The notes under the pieces are model-generated. The model had not been told where the DNA came from. It saw only the letters and a program-made list of their open reading frames with translations, and made no database searches. A stretch of DNA of 64,000 nt, from contig JANRLD010000053.1 in NCBI GenBank assembly GCA_033762915.1, positions 77,094 through 141,093 of the forward strand, in the 5' to 3' direction. Origin of the DNA: Meiothermus sp. Lineage in GTDB: Bacteria; Deinococcota; Deinococci; Deinococcales; Thermaceae. The translations under genes and the position numbers were made by a program. Positions within the stretch are counted from its first letter, which is position 1. Each line of letters begins with the position of its first letter. This document shows positions 59,180-64,000 of this stretch, piece after piece.

Positions 59180-60826
59180 CTACGGCCCGACGACCGGACG
59201 GGTGGAGAAGGAGCCGCTCACCTCGGCCGGCAGGCTCAGGCGGATCTGGCGGCCTGAGCCCAGCTCTAGCGCCCCGGTGCCCAGCCTCCAGCTGACGGTC
59301 ACCCCATTGCCGTAGGGTCGGCCGGGGGTGAAGGTCATCTGGGTGCCCTCGGCGTTCCAGCTAAAGCTGCCCGCGACCGGGGTGGCGCCCACCCTCACCT
59401 GGAACGCAGACTGAGTGGTGGGCTGCTCCATCGGCTCGGAGAAGGTCAGCACGATGGGCGCGGTGGGGGACACGTTGAGCGGTGAGCCGAAGCGGCTGGA
59501 AGGCGTGAAGCCCAGTACGCGGGGGTTAAAGTTGGGGGTGGAGAAGGCGAACTGGTAGGGGGCGGCCAGGGGGTTGCCGGCGCTATCCCTGGCCCCGGTG
59601 CCCAGGGTGACGGTGTAGGCCGAGAGCTGCTGCAGCGCCCCGCTGCAGCGGGCGGTGTTGCCGGTCCAGGTCCAGTTGCAGCCGATGGCCGGCTGGCTTA
59701 GGAAGGCGGCCTGCACCGACTGCTGGTCCATGGGCTCGCTGAAGGTCAGCTCGACGAAGCCGAGGCCGGTGGCAGGGGTGCTGCCGGTGTTGCGCGACAG
59801 GACGACGGGCGCGGCGGTGTCGGGGGTGGAGCGCATCGAGAAGGCCACCTGGTTGGGGCCGGACAGGAGGTTACCGGCCTTGTCCCGGGCGAACACCACC
59901 AGCACGTGGGTCCTGCCACTCTGCAGCTGATCGGTGGGGGTCAGGCGGACCTGGGTGTCGGAGTCGCTCCAGACCGGGGCGCCGAAGCTGGCCAGGCTGG
60001 GGGAGTTGCAGGTGGCGGAGGCGGGGGGAGTGTCGCTGACGCATAGGCCGATCTCGAGCGAGGCCGGGTCCATGGGCTCGGAGAAGGTGAAGCGCAGGGC
60101 GGGCACCAGTGCGAGGTTCTGCGCCCCGTTGGTCGGCTCGGACGAGAGCAGGGTGGGGGCAACCATGTCCCTGGGGGTGACGGTGGCGGTGGCCGAGCGG
60201 GGGGAGCGGTTGGAGCTGGTGTCCTGGGCCTCGACGGCGAAGTGGTAGAGGGTGCCGTTGTCCACCCCGGTCACCTTGGCCGTGGTGCCGGGCTTGTCAA
60301 CGAACACCGCAGGAAGCAGTGCGCCGGGAGCGGTGCCCACGTAGACGGTGTAGCCGGCCAGATCGGGGTCGGGGCTGGGGCTCCAGTCCACGAAGAACTC
60401 ACCGTCGCCCGCCGTCGCTCGCACCCCAGTGGGGGTGGCGGGCGGGATGGTGTCGGGGGGCATGGCGGTCTGGAAGGTGAGGGTTCTGGGGCCACTCAGG
60501 GGGTTGCCGGCCAGGTCTTTGCCCTCGAGGCTAAGGGTGTAGGTGGTGCCCGGGCTGAGGGCGGGGGGGTCAAAGGCCACGGCGCTGGGGGTGTTCCACA
60601 CCGGCGCACCCAGGCCCAGAGCGGGGCTGACGCTGACCGTAACCGAGGCCTGGCTCATGGGCTCGGAGAAAGTGATGGCGAGGTTGGTGCTGGTCGCCAC
60701 GCCGGTGGCGCCGTTGGCGGGGACGCTGGCGAGGATGCTGGGTGGGGTGGCGTCGGCCGGACCCTGGCAGGCGGTCAGCCCGAGGATCAGGAGCAGAGCT
60801 GAGGTATGGAGCAGGGACGGTTTCAT
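59180..60826 (-). CDS. Lipoprotein with four Big_5/SbsA-like Ig domains and one FN3 domain
   Basis: Lipobox LTAC; four TFSEPM repeats with D.AGN.L; W....DPDLAGY.VY...NGT.Y.F.V.A.D FN3 motif. Confidence 0.88.
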   Translation of the reverse strand: MKPSLLHTSALLLILGLTACQGPADATPPSILASVPANGATGVATSTNLAITFSEPMSQASVTVSVSPALGLGAPVWNTPSAVAFDPPALSPGTTYTLSLEGKDLAGNPLSGPRTLTFQTAMPPDTIPPATPTGVRATAGDGEFFVDWSPSPDPDLAGYTVYVGTAPGALLPAVFVDKPGTTAKVTGVDNGTLYHFAVEAQDTSSNRSPRSATATVTPRDMVAPTLLSSEPTNGAQNLALVPALRFTFSEPMDPASLEIGLCVSDTPPASATCNSPSLASFGAPVWSDSDTQVRLTPTDQLQSGRTHVLVVFARDKAGNLLSGPNQVAFSMRSTPDTAAPVVLSRNTGSTPATGLGFVELTFSEPMDQQSVQAAFLSQPAIGCNWTWTGNTARCSGALQQLSAYTVTLGTGARDSAGNPLAAPYQFAFSTPNFNPRVLGFTPSSRFGSPLNVSPTAPIVLTFSEPMEQPTTQSAFQVRVGATPVAGSFSWNAEGTQMTFTPGRPYGNGVTVSWRLGTGALELGSGRQIRLSLPAEVSGSFSTRPVVGP

Positions 60827-60887
60827 GGCTGGGACTCCTGGGGTGGGACGGGGCGGGCCGGAGGGGTCTGCGGGGCTGGGGGCGGGC

Positions 60888-61271
60888 TCATCCCCCTGCC
60901 CCTTCGTCGGGCGGGCCGAGGCGGCTGAACTCGAGCCCCTCGAGCCGGCACTGCTCCAGCAGTTCCTCGAGGTCGGGCACCTCGATCTCGACAGATAGCT
61001 CGGTGCCCTCTAGTTGGGCCCGGAACAGGGCCACCGGGGTACGGGCGGTGGACTCCAGCAAAAACCCGGACAGTTGGCCGGTGCGCCGTGAAGGCATGCC
61101 GCTCACCTCGAGGGTCTGCCCCTCGGCCGTGAAGCTGCCGCCGAGCCTGCCGTCGGGGCCGGGAACCAACACCACCACGCACTCTCCCCCGCCCACTGCG
61201 GCGGTGTAGGTGCCGACGAAGGGATCAACCGGCCCGACCGACCCCTCGTCCTTGTGCAGCAGACGCCTCAT
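60888..61271 (-). CDS. Hypothetical protein, paralog of 61352-61744
   Basis: Shares GTYTA..GG...G.L.GS..AEGQ.LEV.G...GFL.E...PVA.FRA...EVPD with its neighbour. Confidence 0.7.
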   Translation of the reverse strand: MRRLLHKDEGSVGPVDPFVGTYTAAVGGGECVVVLVPGPDGRLGGSFTAEGQTLEVSGMPSRRTGQLSGFLLESTARTPVALFRAQLEGTELSVEIEVPDLEELLEQCRLEGLEFSRLGPPDEGAGG

Positions 61272-61351
61272 ACCCACCTGCCGTCCTGGGCGGTCTGCGG
61301 CCGGCATGCGGGCTGGGGGAAGCGGTGAAGAACGCGCAGCACTGCCGCCCC

Positions 61352-61744
61352 CTAGCCCAGGCCGCCGGCCTTACCGGGGAAGTTGCCGCCCTTCGAGAGC
61401 ACGATCCGCTCGGGCGAGAGTAGGTCCATCGCCTCGTCGAAGTCGGGCACCTCGAGCTGAAGGGTCAGGCCGTGCAGGCCGGGTCGGGCGCGGAACATCG
61501 CCACCGGCGCGCCGCCGACCTCGATCAAAAAACCGTAAATCGCGCTGCCACGACCCGCAACCCCCCCGCGAACCTCCAGCTCCTGCCCCTCGGCGCTGAG
61601 CGAGCCCTGCAGGTGGCCCTCGGGGCTGAACCACAGCCTAAACACCGCCGGTGCCCCTCCCATCTGCGCGGTGTACGTCCCTGCCACCCGACCCGCCAGC
61701 GCCGTCTCGGCCTGCCGACTGCCCAACCAACCGAAGCGTTCCAT
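61352..61744 (-). CDS. Hypothetical protein, paralog of 60888-61271
   Basis: GAGGAGG RBS before ATG 61744; same shared motifs. Confidence 0.72.
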   Translation of the reverse strand: MERFGWLGSRQAETALAGRVAGTYTAQMGGAPAVFRLWFSPEGHLQGSLSAEGQELEVRGGVAGRGSAIYGFLIEVGGAPVAMFRARPGLHGLTLQLEVPDFDEAMDLLSPERIVLSKGGNFPGKAGGLG

Positions 61745-61790
61745 CCCGGCCTCCTCAGGTCTCGAGGGGCTATGCGCCCTCTTGAGCCAG

Positions 61791-61833
61791 AGTCTGCCAG
61801 AGGGCCGGTCACAAGTTGGTAAAAGATTGTGAC
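61791..61833 (-). promoter_or_regulatory. 11-bp-period direct repeat plus -10-like box at the head of the lipoprotein block
   Basis: Minus strand: TTTTACC-aact-TGTGACC-N10-CAGACT; also a GTCACAA-N12-TTGTGAC inverted repeat. Confidence 0.55.
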
Positions 61834-61839
61834 AGTACC

Positions 61840-61967
61840 CCATAGTTGAGATGCGAAATGCCGCCCGGCAGCCCGTTAGGGAGTTGCGCCCATAAGCCGC
61901 TCGCTGCCGAGGTCGAGTTGAGGGTTTCGCAAACGCACTACGGCGCAACTACGTCCGGCGGGGGCGT
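61840..61967 (+). repeat. Dispersed intergenic repeat family A, copy 4
   Basis: ccatagttga...atgccgccc...agttgcgcc...ggcgcaact. Confidence 0.65.
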
Positions 61968-62005
61968 CACGGGAGCGATCCGCTGGAACCCCCGCCGCCG
62001 GCTGC

Positions 62006-62127
62006 CCTCAGAGCGGTTCCCACAAACACTCGGTACGGCAAAAACCGCCGTACCGAGTGCAATGCTGCGCTAAAGCGCACGCTTTAGCGCAGCACCGTGG
62101 GCGGAGTATGGGTGGGAAACGCGATCA
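62006..62127 (+). repeat. Dispersed repeat family B copy with two internal hairpins
   Basis: Same ends as 53493-53603; internal IRs cactcggtacggc/gccgtaccgagtg and tgctgcgctaaagcg/cgctttagcgcagca. Confidence 0.78.
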
Positions 62128-63882
62128 ATTGACCGCCGCCAACACGTCCCGGCCGCCGTTGCCGTCGAAGTCGCCGAAGAGGAAGCCGACCGAGGTATAG
62201 GGCGGGAGCTTGAGGTGGGCGGGAAGGTCTTGCCAGGCACCGGTTCCGTCCGATGAGACCTTGTAGCCGCCGCCGTCGGGACGGTACACGTCGGTCTTGC
62301 GGTCGCCGTCGAAGTCGCCGAAGCGCAGGCCGCCCAGGGTGTGGCTCGAGCTGTTCAGGAAAGTCCAAACCGAGCTCCCGCCGTACGACACCTCCCAGGT
62401 GCTGCCGTTGGCCTTGAACACGTCGGTGCGCCCGTCGCCGTCGAAGTCGCCGAAGCCCAGGCCGCCTGCCTCGTGGCTCGAGCTGTTCAGGAAGGTCCAG
62501 GGGGTGGTGCCGCCGTACGAGACGTGCCAGGCGCTGCCGTCACCCCGGAACACGTCGGTCCTGCCGTCGCCGTTGAAGTCGCCGAAGGCCAGCTGGGAGA
62601 GGGGGACGCTCGAGGCGTTGACGGCCTCCCACCAGCCCACCCCGCCCCGGGAGATGTGCCAAGTCCCGCCGCTGCTCACGAACACATCGGTCTTGCGGTC
62701 ACCGTCGAAGTCGCCGAAGCGCAGCACCCCCAGGCTCTCGCACTTGCCGCGGCTGAGCACCGTCCACGGCCCGGCAAAGCTGGTGCCGAGGACCGGGAGC
62801 GGGAAGGCCACGGCCTGGGCGAGGGCCAGCAGGCCGGCGCCCAGGGCGATCACCGGCCCGCTGAGTTGGCTGTAGGAGACGTACCATACGCAGGCCGAGG
62901 GGTCGGCGCGGAAGAGGTCGGTGCGACCGTCGGCGTTGAAGTCGCCCACCGCCATCTGGCCGGCCTTGACGCTGGAGTCACCGAAGCTGCGCCAGGCGTT
63001 GGCCCCGCCGTCTGAGATCACCCAGTTGCGCATGTAGAGCCACCTGATCGCCGCGATGTCGCCCGCGCTGAGGCGGCTGCGCTGGCCGATGGCGATACCC
63101 GCCGGGATGGTCTGGAGGGTGGGGCCGGGGCAGGGGTCTTTGCAGAAGGCGTTGGGGCCGTAATGCATGATCGAGTCGAAGTCGTAGGCGCCGATGTCCA
63201 GGCCGTCGCCGACGTGCTTCTCGAAGTTGTGCTCGAGGCCCTCGCGCACGTTGGACAGGTTGACCTTGATGTAGCGGTCACGGTCTTCGCGGCTCTGCTC
63301 GTGCCACAGCCCCAGCGCGTGGCCGATCTCGTGGGCCACCCGCCCGAAGTCGCAGGTGGCCTTGAAGCGGATCTCCTGCCTGCCGCCCTGCCGCCCCACC
63401 GCCGACTCGCCGCAACCTTCAATGCCGGGGTCGACCACGAAGGCCACAAAGTCGCTCTGGCTGGTGCGCTGCACGAAGCGGACGGGGGTGGCGGCCTGCC
63501 AAAGGTTCATCGCCTGCTGCGTCAAGCCGCCCGCCCCGGCGCTGGTCACGCTGCCGTCCAGCACGAAGGGCACCACCCCGCCGGGCCAGCGGTAGTCGCG
63601 GTCGGCGTTCCAGCAGTAGAAGACCAGGCACTTGCGCTCCTTGTCGTGGAAAAGGCCCTGAGCACGGACGCGCTCCAGGTCTTCGACGTTGCCGATCACG
63701 ATGTCCCCCTCGAAGATGGCCCGCCCGTCGCGCACCTCGTAGCGGTAGGTCTTGCCATCAATGCTGAGGCTGGGGGCCTGGGCGGCGCTGCCGGGCGTCT
63801 GCGGCACGCCGGGGTTGAGGCCACCACAGGCCACCAGAGCCAATGCCACCGCCGCCAATGAGAACCTCTGTTTGATAGTCAT
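62125..63882 (-). CDS. Astacin-family (M12A) zinc metalloprotease lipoprotein with FG-GAP/VCBS repeats
   Basis: Lipobox LVAC; FEGDI propeptide; HEIGHALGLWHEQSR.DRD; SIMHY Met-turn; GDF(D/N)GD.+TDV repeats. Confidence 0.93.
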   Translation of the reverse strand: MTIKQRFSLAAVALALVACGGLNPGVPQTPGSAAQAPSLSIDGKTYRYEVRDGRAIFEGDIVIGNVEDLERVRAQGLFHDKERKCLVFYCWNADRDYRWPGGVVPFVLDGSVTSAGAGGLTQQAMNLWQAATPVRFVQRTSQSDFVAFVVDPGIEGCGESAVGRQGGRQEIRFKATCDFGRVAHEIGHALGLWHEQSREDRDRYIKVNLSNVREGLEHNFEKHVGDGLDIGAYDFDSIMHYGPNAFCKDPCPGPTLQTIPAGIAIGQRSRLSAGDIAAIRWLYMRNWVISDGGANAWRSFGDSSVKAGQMAVGDFNADGRTDLFRADPSACVWYVSYSQLSGPVIALGAGLLALAQAVAFPLPVLGTSFAGPWTVLSRGKCESLGVLRFGDFDGDRKTDVFVSSGGTWHISRGGVGWWEAVNASSVPLSQLAFGDFNGDGRTDVFRGDGSAWHVSYGGTTPWTFLNSSSHEAGGLGFGDFDGDGRTDVFKANGSTWEVSYGGSSVWTFLNSSSHTLGGLRFGDFDGDRKTDVYRPDGGGYKVSSDGTGAWQDLPAHLKLPPYTSVGFLFGDFDGNGGRDVLAAVN

Positions 63883-63925
63883 ACACTTCTCCTTTCGCTC
63901 GAGGGCTGCCTGCCCTCTGCGGCAA

Positions 63926-63959
63926 AGTGTGGGGTAGCCCTGGTCACAACCCGGTAAAC
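63926..63959 (-). promoter_or_regulatory. 11-bp-period direct repeat plus -10-like box upstream of the protease
   Basis: Minus strand: GTTTACC-gggt-TGTGACC-N10-CACACT. Confidence 0.55.
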
Positions 63960-64000
63960 AAAGCCCCCGACCCGAACGCGACCCGGTCCGGTTGCGACAG

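Noticed and set aside
62125..63000. DNA repeats with ~120-bp period as a non-coding array or DGR template
   Set aside because: They are in-frame FG-GAP protein repeats, and no reverse transcriptase is present.

Overview
High-GC bacterial chromosome segment, most likely Thermaceae (Meiothermus/Calidithermus-like), inferred from the Thermus-type XylA, BshC and very frequent CTCGAG. Housekeeping and metabolic genes: suyAB-like sulfolyase pair, GntR regulator, sugar kinase, murQ, xylA, ispH, an S4/YlmH protein, class III aminotransferase, MATE transporter, htrA, envC/ftsX, bshC, kynA/kynU, an ABC transporter, moaC, acpP, a form II coxSLM-DE molybdoenzyme cluster and sufE. There are also two large PAS-GGDEF-EAL genes. 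Accessory content: (1) an RlaP-type nucleotidyltransferase, an AT-rich HEPN-motif gene and a CCA-adding/HD enzyme in one tightly packed operon, the best candidate for a new RNA damage/repair system; (2) an RNA ligase plus HD-Pnk repair pair; (3) an AT-rich HNH nuclease beside a 52-bp duplication of the ylmH 5' end; (4) a 52-64 kb block of secreted/lipoprotein genes including a signal-peptide fibre with an S74 chaperone and a 54-aa Trp-repeat lipoprotein missed by the ORF track. Three dispersed non-coding repeat families and a recurring promoter architecture (11-bp-period direct repeat, then about 10 nt, then a -10 box) were also seen. No rRNA, tRNA, CRISPR array, integrase or transposase was recognised. 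All calls come from reading motifs by eye; no searches were run.
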